Origin: Hormiphora californensis
Taxonomy: Eukaryota; Animalia; Ctenophora
Assembly: GCA_020137815.1 (NCBI GenBank)
Contig: CM035351.1
Coordinates: 5,022,001 to 5,086,000, forward strand
DNA length: 64,000 nucleotides
Reading direction: 5' to 3'
Below, piece by piece: positions 25,257 through 54,469 of this stretch. Numbering within the stretch: position 1 is the stretch's first letter; every line of letters starts with the position of its first letter. The notes under the pieces are model-generated. The model saw only the letters and a list, made by a program, of their open reading frames with translations, was not told the origin of the DNA and did no database searches. Made by a program: the position numbers and the translations under genes.

Positions 25257-26240
25257 TGTTATAAGGAAGTATGATAACTAATTATTAAACTCGCCATCAA
25301 AACTCTTTTTGGATAAATCTAACAGAGAGAGCAATGGTATTGTGATGCAGATGACAGAAGACAAACAACTAATAATACAGAACTTTAACAGCTCATCATC
25401 AAACACTCACGAGTTATTGTTTCCCTGCTGCGATCCCCTACTCCTATTATTCCTATATTTGCTCATCACTAAATAGGAAAGATGTTTATATTAACTTGGT
25501 CTTCTTCTCGCCTACTAACAGAAACTAACTTGTTTTGTCGAACAAGGCAAAAAATAACTGGCACAAAAGTTATTTCGTTGAATGCATCACACAATGGCCA
25601 AGAGTCAAATTGAATACTACTTAGTCAATTTTGATCGAATCGCGAAAATTAATGGTCGTGAAAATATCTGGTTTTACAGTATATGGTGAAGACTCGGGAA
25701 GTTCATTCACGTTTTAGACTCTGGTTACACAATACTGTATTTTCATGACACAACCTATAACTGATCAGTTGTCTCATACAATACTGCTCTCTCCGCACCG
25801 GGCCGAAAAGAGCAGCGTGCGTGATGGTACAGTCAGTGCTTCAGCTTTTATTTGCCGCTTTTCATAATACTGGCTCTAATTGACTCGTTATTAAGTCTCT
25901 ACATAGGTGCAAGTTCCATACAGAGCCACCTCCTTGGAAACAGTGGTCTGTAATCTGTATCCAGTACAAGATTGAGATTGTATTTTGGGTATCTGAATTC
26001 TGAGAATATGAGTACCGGTGGGCAATTCAGGGATCTGATCATGCGATTTCTGGATATGGGCTTTCACCTTGGCAAGGCAGTTTTCTCGGAGTTCGTACCC
26101 GATAAGCCAGTGCCCAGCTACATACTTTTGCAAAAAATGGGGTAAACGGGCCAAATAGAACACTTGTAAGTACAATTGTTTTACAGTACTGAGTGTTGAA
26201 ACAAATTACTGCTACCAGCTACTTTTTTTTTCTTGAAAAT

Positions 26241-26385
26241 TTACTAACCCCGACACCGATTGGCATCACTTTCCAACAGCCGAAGAGAAGCTGCCGAAGA
26301 GAGAAATGGGGTAACCGTATGAAGAGTTAATCGCGATGAGTCTCATTCACATTCGATCATTTGCCCCCGGTGTTGGGGTTAGTAA
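26241..26385. mobile_element. Short MITE with TIR TACTAACCCC(G/A)ACACC; a second left-end copy sits at about 26798-26840
   Basis: tactaaccccgacacc...ggtgttggggttagta. The left ~40 nt recur at 26798. Confidence 0.55.
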
Positions 26386-26452
26386 TAAATAAATCTTAAA
26401 ATCACTCACTCAAATAAACAATAAATCTTACAAATAAAAGCTCACACATGAT

Positions 26453-26626
26453 TCAGATATTGAAGTCAATGCTACCAAGTCCTACTGGGGTGTATTTAAT
26501 TCGACACCCCCTCAGAGATCTCAAGGTTGCGATTAGTAAGCAGAATCTCAGCCTCCTTCTGATAGCTGCCAACGCCTCGCTGTACATCTCTCCATGCTTG
26601 TCCTCGATGTGTCTGGCTGCTTTCTG
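26453..26626 (-). mobile_element. 3' fragment of a CRE-clade-like non-LTR retrotransposon ORF
   Basis: My minus-strand translation is QKAARHIEDKHGEMYSEALAAIRRRLRFCLLIATLRSLRGCRIKYTPVGLGSIDFNI*. This resembles the conserved C-terminus that follows the REL endonuclease in CRE-type elements (A..I..K.GE.YS....IR.RL.F.LL..TL..LRG.R). Confidence 0.6.
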
Positions 26627-26936
26627 CTACCAGCTACAGCATAAAAGGCCGCCAAGTCAACGCCGCGTTGGCAAACGCTGCTGGCGCCGGCCCTGATTGG
26701 CGCGGGATAAGGCAGCGCTTTTCAAGGGCGCCTGTGGGCCAGCGCTCGATTTGGCAAACGTTGCTGGCCCCCGTTAGGCAGCGCTTTTCAAGCATTCACT
26801 AACCCCAACACCGATTGGCATCACTTTCCAACAACCGAAAGCGCTCGATAGTCGATTTGCGAATAGTTTCAAACTTTTCAACACTACTTTAAACAAATTA
26901 ATTTGAGCAGGTAGATATGGCGATGTGACAGCCCCT

Positions 26937-27920
26937 ATGGGCAGACCGTACGATATGACAGTTATTCCAGTACATCAAGAGGAGCTGACTCAGGCTGATT
27001 TGGATTGGTATGCGAGCCGGATCCTGACCATGGTCAAGTATGCAGGGATTCCTTCACCGGATTTAACCAGAAAATTAAGGGGTAGCCCTGAGGATATCAG
27101 GGAAATACCGACATCTTTCAATATCCACTCATCCCACACGAAACGTGATTTGACATCTGTATTAGAAGATGTATTTCTGTCGACCTTGCCACTTCTAAAG
27201 TACTTCCAACATCGTTTCAACGTTGAGAAGTCGCCTGAGTTGGAATTAAAGGAAGAGAGAGATGAACTGTTGAGAAAGAGTTTGGAGTTGCAGAAAAATG
27301 AGGAGAAATTGAGAGTTGAGAGGGATGACCTGTTGAGAAAGACTGTTAGGTTACAAGAGCAGGTCATTGAGCTTCAGGACACTCAACTACATCGAGTAAC
27401 CGAAACAGTACAGAAAGATCTGCGTTCTTTCTCAACGGTCTTGACGCAGAATTGTAGGTCTGCTCTTACACCGAAAAATATCAAGAAAGATGAAGGGAAA
27501 GCTCATGGCAAAAAAGTTGATTCGAGTCCAGATCCTGACAGATCCAAAAATTTGATGGTGTTTGGTCTACCGGAAGTTGAGGCGGAATCTGAATCTGTGT
27601 TGAAATGTGAGATAGAGAATGTTTTGGCTGAGCTTGATGAGAAACCTATTGTTGTGGCTAAAAGGGTGGGTTTGAAACGGGAAGGAAGGGAGAGACCCGT
27701 GATCGTGAAGCTACAGAGTAGAGAAATGCTGTTGAGCCTTCTGCAGAAGGCAAAGCAGTTAAAACAGTCCGAATCGTACTGCGGTGTCTACTTGTCAAGA
27801 GATATGTCACTCGCAGAGAGAACGGAGAGGAGGGAACTCCACCTTACATTGAAGGAGTTGAGGGAATCGAATCCCGAAAGACAATTTCGGATACGGAAAG
27901 GAGCGATAAACTTTTCATAG
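26937..27920 (+). mobile_element. Stand-alone LINE ORF1-like protein (coiled coil plus L1/CR1-type RNA-binding region), no ORF2
   Basis: DRSKNLMVFGLPE...KRVG..RPVIVKL..LLQKAKQLK...VYLSRDMSLAERTERREL is the ORF1/Transposase_22-like motif set. An (AATAA)n tail follows at about 28038-28054, with no reverse transcriptase. Confidence 0.72.
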
Positions 27921-28236
27921 ACTATCTGTATACACTGGACTCTTAAATGGACTCATATCTTTGATCAACCGATTTTTGCCCACAAAAAGGGGCTGATAAT
28001 TTTATACATCAAACTGTGTAAATTATTATATAGATTTAATAAAATAAAATAAATGCGAATAAAGCGAACTGAAACACGCGGCCAAAATTTGGTTTTGTGT
28101 TTTAATTTTGAAAAACAGTGCGCGTCTTCTGAAAGCATCGCGACCTTTATTTGTTCCCCGCGCTACGTAGCGCGCGGCGTTCAAAGTTTTCGAAAGCTGT
28201 GAAAATTTGGCTGGTTCCTCAAAGTGAACTTTTCAA

Positions 28237-28806
28237 GGGAAAACGTTAAAATCTGGGTGCCTTTCATTGCTAACAATTCGTAGTTTTGGCGCGCGCGACG
28301 GGTTAGGGCTATCCGTTAGGGTCTGGTTAGGGTTTGGTTTGGGGTTATCGGTTAGGGCTATCGATTCTCTAACTGATACCGTTTAGTTCACTCAAATCGG
28401 CCATGTGGTTCCATGGCTATAGCCGTTTGAAAAAAGTCGGTCTAAGTATACTCTTTTGGTAGCGCGCACCTGTAAACAGACTGCAAGGCACCCAGATTAT
28501 AATCGCGCCCCTTTTCAAGATGGCCGTTTTTTGGGAAAACGTTAAAATCTGGGTGCCTTTCATTGCTAACAATTCGTAGTTTTGGCGCGCGCAACGGGTT
28601 AGGGCTATCCGTTAGGGTCTGGTTAGGGTTTGGTTTGGGGTTATCGGTTAGGGCTATCGATTCTCTAACTGATGCCGTTTAGTTTACTCAAATCGGCCAT
28701 GTGGTTCCATGGCTATAGCCGTTTGAAAAAAGTCGGTCTAAGTATACTCTTTTGGTAGCGCGCACCTGTAAACAGGCTGCAAGGCACCCAGATTATAATC
28801 GCGCCC
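28237..28806 (+). repeat. Tandem duplication (28237-28510, 28533-28806) containing degenerate TTAGGG-like repeats
   Basis: Two near-identical ~274-bp copies at 296-bp period, each containing gggttagggctatccgttagggtctggttagggtttggtttggggttatcggttaggg. Confidence 0.88.
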
Positions 28807-29029
28807 GTTTTTTTGTCGGTTTCGTCTCTGATTGCGTGCCTTCTACTTCGAAGCTTTTATCGGCTGTCGCTATCCACACAAGATTTTATTTTTCACTTCA
28901 ATCATCTTACAGCTATCACTTACTGGCGTTTTGGCCCTTACCCCTTCAAAGATAGAAACTCCGATACCAGGCACCAGCTTGGTTTTGAAGTAACACATTT
29001 TCTTCTGATTTGACAACTTTCAGATAGCC

Positions 29030-29398
29030 ATGGCCCGAACCAAGACCGCTCCAAGGAAGAATGTGCCTCTACCAAGAGAAATCCCGAAGAAAAAACGGCC
29101 TAAAGAAAAGCTCTTTACCATACATAAAACCGGCCAGGCATTATCACTCCCAAAACTGCCGTTTTCAAGACTGGTCAGAGACATTATCATGGAGTTCAGT
29201 CCTGGGGGTGGTTTGAAAATTTCAGTAACAGCCCTGGACGCACTGCATGAGTCGTCCGAAATGTACTTGGTTCAATTTTTTGAGGACATGAACTTACTGG
29301 CCCTTCACGCCAAGCGAGTAACAATTATGGTCAGAGACTCCGAGTTGGTTAAGAAAATGAAAAAGCCCAGACCTATTAGCGGAGTACCACAACGCTGA
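29030..29398 (+). CDS. Divergent histone H3 variant, CenH3/CENP-A-like
   Basis: MARTK start; histone fold LPKLPFSRLVRDI..ALDALHESSEMYLVQFFEDMNLLALHAKRVTIMVRD. Loop 1 is two residues longer than H3, and the H3-diagnostic Q68, F84 and T107 are replaced (S, I, M). Confidence 0.8.
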   Translation: MARTKTAPRKNVPLPREIPKKKRPKEKLFTIHKTGQALSLPKLPFSRLVRDIIMEFSPGGGLKISVTALDALHESSEMYLVQFFEDMNLLALHAKRVTIMVRDSELVKKMKKPRPISGVPQR

Positions 29399-29752
29399 TG
29401 TACGAGCTTCGTACGTCATCTTTCCCAAAACAAAGTTACTGTATATATATTATAGCCCATGATGATGGTGACCAAGCGCCAGCGAAACCCGGTTTTTATC
29501 GAGAGTTTGTAAATGAATTATAATTTCAGATTTTTATTCACGTCTTATTGTGCTACACAATTATTATTATCTAACTACCTGAACCAAGTAAAGTTATTAA
29601 CACAGCTACATAGCATGCAGCTTTATTGTCTGTAATCCCCCTTTAAAACCATTGCCATCTACCTACCTATCTCCCTCCTTCACCCCATAATTTGACTATC
29701 CCTCCTTCTTCATCTCCTTCTCCCCTTTTAACGAACATCTTCATACTAGGAT

Positions 29753-32159
29753 ATGAGTGGTCTCAGTAACAAGGTCTTCCTGGGTGGGTTGCCTGGTGAC
29801 ATCTTAGCTGATGAGGTTAAGGAAGCCTTTAAAGAGTACGGAAAGATAGAAAATGTCGAGATCCTGTACGACAAGGAGACCAAAAAGTGCCGAGGGTTCG
29901 GTTTCATTACCTTTGATACCCCTGAGCCGGCTGAGAAGGTCCTGGCCCTGCAGCACTTTAGTATTGCTGGCAAGTTAGTTGAGGTGAAAAGTGCCAACCC
30001 TAAAGTTGACAGGAACAAGATGGGAGGGAGTAATGGTGGTGGACACGGCGGACCACCTGGGCATATGGGTGGTAGTGGTAGCGGTATGCCTCCAATGGGT
30101 GCTCCACCTCACATGGCTCCTGGATACCCCTATCCTTATCCCTACCCTTATCCCCCTCCACCTCAGAGCGGTGGTGGTGGTGGTGGACGTCCTGGTACGT
30201 ATATATCTGTTTTGTGTCTGTTTTGTGTTGGTATGTTTCTGTTTGTTCCTGATTTTTTGTTTCTGTTTGTTCCTGATTTGAGTATCTCTTCTTTGTTCCT
30301 GTTTGTTCCTATTGGTTAACCATGGTTGTCAGTTACTTTTCCCTTATCGCAACATGTCAAGATAAGATGTCTCCCAACACCCCTCCCTCTTTTCAGAACA
30401 CGGTAGCCGATCCCCACCACACGGTGGCCCAGGAGGTGCCATGCCACCCATGCCTCCTGGTGGACAATCCCATCCCATGTACAACCCCTACTACGCTATG
30501 TACTACGCCCAAATGGCGGGTGCTGCCCCTCACGGTATGCCTCCCGGTTACCCCATGCCCCCTGGTTATCCTGCTGGCAGCAGTTATGGTGGTAGTAGCG
30601 GTGGGAGACACAGGAGCAGGAGTCCCAGGGGTAGGAGCAGGAGCAGGAGTAGGTCACCAAGGAGGGGCAGGTCTCCTGGTTACCGTGGACACTCTCCCCG
30701 CAGGTACTACAAGGTGGTTGGGAATACTTGCTAATCAACCCTTTCATTGCCTTGCTCGACCCTGTTTCCCCTGTTATAAAGGGGGGGTTAGAACATAACA
30801 AGTCTAAAATCTTTCATACATTCAGTGCTCCAAAATCATCAAAACATTTTGGCAGATCTAACACTTCCATCACACCCATTTCACCAGAAGGAATTATAAC
30901 AGACGCACTCCACCTCCACCTGGTGAAAATGCAGCATCAGCTCTGGCTGCAATACCTGCGTAAGAACAAACACGAACACAACATGATACAATGTGGGGGG
31001 GGGGGCCGGCTGAAGTTTTTGAAGTTTGAAGTTTTCCACCCTACTTTTTGAGTTTTTGAAGTTTTTGAAGTTGACTTCAATATATATATATGCTATCAGT
31101 GACTTTTATTACACTTGTTTAGGTTAGTTTCATGCTTAATACATATTGTGGCAAAGTTATCCGTCCTTGTCTGCCCTTTTTCTAGCACAAATTAGGATAT
31201 TTACAATGATTCCTAGCCATGAAATCCAAGGCACAATTTGGTGTAAAAAATTTAATTTTCTTGTAAAAACAAATTTAATTTTCATTCTCAAAAACTCAAA
31301 AAATTGCCTAGAAATTGCTAAGAAAGTGTTTAAAAATTATTAATTAAATTTTCAAAAAATTTTTGGGGTCACACCCTTTTTTCCAGTTTCACAAAATGCA
31401 AATTTTTTATGAAGGGAGTAGTGAAAAAACTATGGACACTAAAATCATCGGCGGCCTCAATTTAGTGGGGGTACGTGCCAAAATGAAGTCTCCACCTTAT
31501 CTAATTCGAGGGATAATGGGATATTTTCATAATTTTGTGTGTGCGCATGACTTTTTTTGGGCTAGACCAGTTTTAATGGTTTCTGAGTCTCTATAGGATT
31601 TTTAAAGGGGTGTATCTTGTTCGGAATATGCAAGTTTATATAAGAGTTATGAAGCAACATAAGGCCTATCTCCAACGGTTTAGGAGATATGAGTTTTTGA
31701 AGTTTTTGAAGTTTTTGAAGTTTTCCACCCTAAGTTTCTGTTTGAAGTTTTTGAAGTCGACTTCAAAAACTTCAAAAACTTCAGCCGGCCCCCCCCCTAC
31801 AATGTGTCACATACACAATCCACATGACATATATTCCATGATACACATGGGGTAGTGCGGGACACTTCACACTACACATGACAATATCCACTCAATGATT
31901 ATATTACTCTCTCTCTCCCACTAGGTACAGATCCAGATCCCGTTCACCCCCATACCGAGGAGGACACTCCCCCGGATACCGTCCCTCTTACCCTGCACCA
32001 CGCAGCCCCGGAGGCAGGTCCCCCTCCCCTAGACGTGACTATCTGGCAGCATATGGTAGTAGCATGCCTGTAGATTATCTGTATGGAAGGAAGGAACGCT
32101 CTCCCTCCCCGGCCAGCAGACGACCTAGGACCCCGCCAGCCAACTATAACCCATACTAG
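29753..32159 (+). CDS. Single-RRM RNA-binding protein (Musashi/DAZAP1/hnRNP-type RRM) with Pro/Tyr/Gly-rich and RS-rich C-terminus, multi-exon
   Basis: KVFLGGL and RGFGFITF (RNP2/RNP1), GKLVEVKSA. Exons at about 29753-30195, 30397-30702, 30887-30959 and 31925-32159 encode PYPYP and RSRSRSRSPRR tracts; the last exon ends ANYNPY*. Confidence 0.85.
30996..31797. mobile_element. Non-autonomous DNA transposon with G-run/C-run termini and a 9-bp TSD (MULE/Merlin-like)
   Basis: TSD TACAATGTG at 30987-30995 and 31798-31806. Ends are GGGGGGGGGCCGGCTGAAG...CTTCAGCCGGCCCCCCCCC, with subterminal (TTTTGAAG)n repeats. Confidence 0.8.
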
Positions 32160-32365
32160 AGAGAGAATACAAACAGGTACATACATAATCTTGCTAATTG
32201 TTGGTATATTTGTTCACTTGCTATTATGACATAGATATTCACTTGCTATGTAGTGTGACAGTTGATAGATCTATTCACTTGCTAGTTGTCAAAAGAGCAA
32301 TTTTCAAAAAGTCTTGCTAGTAGTCATGATGTAGTTTGTCTTGCTCCACAAATAGTGCTATTCAG

Positions 32366-32474
32366 CAGGAACCGACCGAATCAGGAAATACTGGTCCCTG
32401 ATTGGCTGATAACCAGTCACGTGACCTAAATAACGAGTTCTGATTGGTTGTTTACTTGTTTCGGTCGGTTCCTG
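32366..32474. mobile_element. 109-bp hAT-type MITE
   Basis: TIR CAGGAACCGACCGAA...TTCGGTCGGTTCCTG with an 8-bp TSD CTATTCAG (32358-32365, 32475-32482). Confidence 0.85.
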
Positions 32475-34129
32475 CTATTCAGATATATTTCACCAGTTTT
32501 GTAATTGTCAGTTTCAGAGCTTAACCCCCTTCCTCCCTGTTCCTCCTAGGTTGCAGTGTGTGCAATATTGTGTGTTGCAGAGTGTTGCCACTCTTTGTTT
32601 TGTTCAGGAGGGTCGAACAAGGCAACCCACTCTCTTCTGATATCCCTCTCAGTATATGACACCGTTGATCTGATGTCTTGATGATATACATTGATACATA
32701 TTGACCTGCGCTTGTGTTCTGCAAACTATAGACAGTGTGTTTTCCCATTCTGTCCACACCAGATATGACGTTGAGTCCCTTCTCTCTACACTGCAGCTAT
32801 AATAATAACAACCCCTCTCCTTATTTTGTATGAATTTAACCGTGCAAACATAACCTGTCTGATATTTTGTGATATATATTGAAAACGAGAAACGGGACAC
32901 TTGGCCCTATTAACATATTTTTATCAGTTTTGATGCTGTGATATATCTAGTCTGTTATTGCGTGTGAGTGTGTGAGTGCTGCCAATAATGCAACCTTCTT
33001 TTATCGTGCAGGTCGTATATATGTGTGTTGTACCCCTTCAAAATACATTTATTTCCACAATTATAATATTCATTTGTTTTGTTATTTGTTAATTGAACTG
33101 CTCGCACCAAGTTTGTATTAAATTACGCGGTTCGAGCAGGCCCTTGTCAAAGCAGATGCAGCAGTGTGGCCTTGTTGAATGCACCGGGACAATTTTGAAT
33201 GGAGGGGGTCTTCCCGCGAAATCGCGCGCGGTCCTCCTATCCTTTACAAAGCACATCAGTGTGCGCGGCTCTGCCTAATTTACCCTGTGTGTGTAATGGG
33301 AGCGGCTAATTAATTAGCAAAATTGTCACACTGCTGCAGCGGTGATACCGGATGCTTGACCCAATTTGAGATTGTTGGTAGTGCCGGTATTTGACAGGGG
33401 AAGATGGCTAGCCATCTCTCCAGTCCCTCGAAAGACAAGATGTGAGGAGGGAGAACCGGGGAGTTTCTACTTTCCAGTTTTCGGAATCCAGAATGGAAAT
33501 TAGCTCAGCTCAGGAGAGTATCTGATCAGTTTTGTCAGTGTTGTTGTTCCCTGTTCCAAATTTGCTTGCTGCATCTTGCACCCCACTGTTATCGAGAATT
33601 CCCTTTGTCCCAAAGTGTGTTCCACTAATACCCCACTCCCCAATTACAGGAACTGTTAACTAATCTACGGTGACTGCTAACTATGACTGATATTGATCTT
33701 CTTGAAGGCTCTCAATTCTGTAAGTTGTGATTGTCATGTCCTAAGCAACTCAAACAGTTCAGGGCTGCCATTACTTTACTCCTTCCGAAGGTTCACACTG
33801 TTGCATCTAGTTATAAATGAATGCCTCCAATCACTCCCCCGAGTCTCGACCACCTCATTGTACCATTTGAGTTGTTCTGTGGACTGCACAGAACAATTCA
33901 ATGAACTGCAGCAGTGCGATTGTGTTCGAACGCGTCAATATTCGAGATAAGAAATGCAAATACATGAAATAATATCAGGCGCTCTACTCTAATCGCTGTA
34001 TAATATTACAAACCATGGATATTTTAAAACTGTCGCCTTGTGGCCGTGTGACCTGTTTGCTGTGACCTGATTATGTCTAGTATACTTTGCTACAACTCCA
34101 CGCCGTTGTTAATTGTTTTAATGACTTAA

Positions 34130-35521
34130 GGGTACGCTAACCAAAAATTTTTTTCGAGTGCCGGGAAATCTCTCACCGTAGGGTTGTAGGCCATGCCAAG
34201 GAGACCTCAAATATGCAATTTGAGCTCTCAAGTCGAATTCATATTTTTGCTACAGCTGCTTGAAAAATGAACTGAAAATAAGTTTTTGGCATCTTAAAAA
34301 TACATTTGTAAAGATAGGATCATAAAAATTTGTGGATTTGAAGAGGACAAAGAGGTGAGTAGCCACAAAAATGTTTTTTTGAAATCCGAGCTGATTTCAA
34401 GTCCTGAGATGGATTTCTTTTTTTTGACTTTAACGCCATATTTGGCCAAGTTCCGAAAATATGTGAAAGCTGTAAATTGGTCAAAAGTAGCGTCTAACGA
34501 TTCTCTATATGGCCATAAATTTTGGGCGCGTCCTTATTTGAGGTGTGTCGTACAGAGTTATTTTTCTGAAAGTCGTCATTTCAGAAATAAATAAATTCCC
34601 TGTATCTCAAAAACGGCTGATCGTAGAGACCTGAGACTATGCTTAAACGATTCAGAAGGTCCGATTTTAGGGGGGTCTTCTGAGAGACATTTTGCTCCTA
34701 CTTCAACCGTTTTTGCTGTAATTGCGAAAAACAAAAACCCATCTTCGCCATCGTGGATTTTTTGTGATTTTGTTTTTGGTGATTATAGGGACCCATATGG
34801 ACCAAATAGTGAAGGAATTAGCTTGTTACATATTTTTCCATAGTTTCGGTCCTTCCTTAGCTAAAGTTCCCTAATTACAGGATATTGGAGTTTAGCTTTT
34901 GCCCTTTTCATAGAATTTATTTTTCGCAATTACAGCAAAAACGGTTGAAGTAAGAGCAAAATGTCTCTCAGAAGACCCCCCCAAAATCGGACCTTCTGAA
35001 TCGTTTAAGCATAGTCTCAGGTCTCTACGATCAGCCGTTTTTGAGATACAGGGAATTTATTTATTTCTGAAATGACGACTTTCAGAAAAATAACTCTGTA
35101 CGACACACCTCAAATAAGGACGCACCCAAAATTTATGGCCATATAGAGAATCGTTAGACGCTACTTTTGACCAATTTACAGCTTTCACATATTTTCGGAA
35201 CTTGGCCAAATATGGCGTTAAAGTCAAAAAAAAGAAATCCATCTCAGGACTTGAAATCAGCTCGGATTTCAAAAAAAAATTTTTGTGGCTACTCACCTCT
35301 TTGTCCTCTTCAAATCCACAAATTTTTATGATCCTATCTTTACAAATGTATTTTTAAGATGCCAAAAACTTATTTTCAGTTCATTTTTCAAGCAGCTGTA
35401 GCAAAAATATGAATTCGACTTGAGAGCTCAAATTGCATATTTGAGGTCTCCTTGGCATGGCCTACAACCCTACGGTGAGAGATTTCCCTGCACTCGAAAA
35501 AAATTTTTGGTTAGCGTACCC
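34130..35521. mobile_element. Kolobok-like foldback element related to the 7623-8268 element
   Basis: TTAA at 34126-34129 and 35522-35525; termini GGGTACGC...GCGTACCC; ~600-bp inverted arms. It shares gggttgtagg..accaag..acctcaaatatgcaatt..tcgaattcatatttttgct with the 7623 element. Confidence 0.85.
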
Positions 35522-36128
35522 TTAAGTGACCATCAATAGAGAATTTAAAGAGATCATAAATGTCACGTACTGTTAGTTGTGGTCACGTACTGTTGTTTGT
35601 GGTCAGCCTTGTTTTTCTGCGGCTGGGCGTGGGAAGATCATCGATATTTTGGCTTTCTTTTTACTCCAAACACTCTGATCTTTTCTGAACTGATCTTGAG
35701 TTCTGGAGAACAAGAAATCAAAACCTGTCTAGTTCTACCCCTGCCTTGAGTTACAATAGGTCCGGGGGAGCTCCGGTAGATAAGAAGTTATTATCCTCAC
35801 CCCTCTGACCTGTGTCTTCTTTGAGCTGTGTTGGCACCATAGAAACGATACGGAATTCAATCCTCTAATTCTTCTTATCGCAGTCCAGTCTGAGTTTTAA
35901 ATCAAATATCACCTCTTATCAGTGCGCCCCCGGTGAGCTCTGACCTAATTACGAAACGTTTTCTCGGTTTCGGTTCTCTCCCCCTCCAGCACACAGGTCA
36001 CACACAGGCCGTACTCTCGCATTTTCTTCTAACTAATTTGTTTTGCATTACTGCGTCTGGTCCGGGTTACAGCTGTCGTCGTGAGACACACATAGCAGCA
36101 GGAGCTCCGTATTGTGTTTTGTCTAAAA

Positions 36129-53618
<17,490 letters not shown>

Positions 53619-54469
53619 CATGCTTTAGAGTAAGATATATAGTTCTTATAGTTTTGTGGGTTGTTTTTGGTTGTATGCTGATACCAATCCTGCTGTCTGG
53701 CGGCGCCGACCCGATCTTAGAGATCTGTTTTGAGAATCAGAACGGGGTCTGGCAGTGGCACCACCAGACTGTACTGAGACTTGTTGAGACAAACTGAGAC
53801 AGCACTTAAAGAACTCACTGCCACTATGACCACATTTCTATTGTATTTTGATTTTTAGTTTTTCATACTTTAAAGTGACTTGTCTTCAATTTTCGTGCTT
53901 TTTAATTGAATTTGGATTATAAAATGATGAAATTTTTGGTGTCCATTTTTTACGCGCAAAACTAAAACGCGCAATTTGATAAAATGCCGAGTGGCGCGCG
54001 CGGTCATTTTTACCTGAAAACGACGAAAAATAAAATAAAAAAGATTTCAGTTTTTGTTGTTGTTTTTTTTCTTCTTACTTTCCAGTTTCCGTTCACAACC
54101 CTCCGGTGTCCGCTATCCTAAGGATAGCGAAGGGGGTGTGCTTGTGAGCGTAGTCTAGACCCTTAGCAAAACACTGGTACAACTGTGGAGGCCCGAAGAC
54201 GTGTTCGGTGTTCCGATGCGGTTGCAACTTGCTGCTTGCAACTCGCATTTGGGTAACGCAGCGTAAACAGTTTTTAAAATTTGCGTGACTGGATATATTG
54301 TTCGGGCCTTTATAGGGAACGCGTTTTCCACCTCCCTTGACTGAGTCTTTGGATTCTAATTTAAAGCACTTATCGAGTTCTTTTTTTCTACCGATTGATA
54401 TCGATGCTCAAAATCATTCCGATATTATTTTTAGAGCTCGTCTGAAAAAGAATGTTTCAATAGCTCGGA

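Noticed and set aside
25891-26175. 94-aa minus-strand ORF
   Set aside because: It has no recognisable motif or splice context.
33397-33725. Possible small upstream exons of the aminopeptidase or of another gene
   Set aside because: Splice-like signals exist, but there is no homology support and the frame cannot be tied to the gene.
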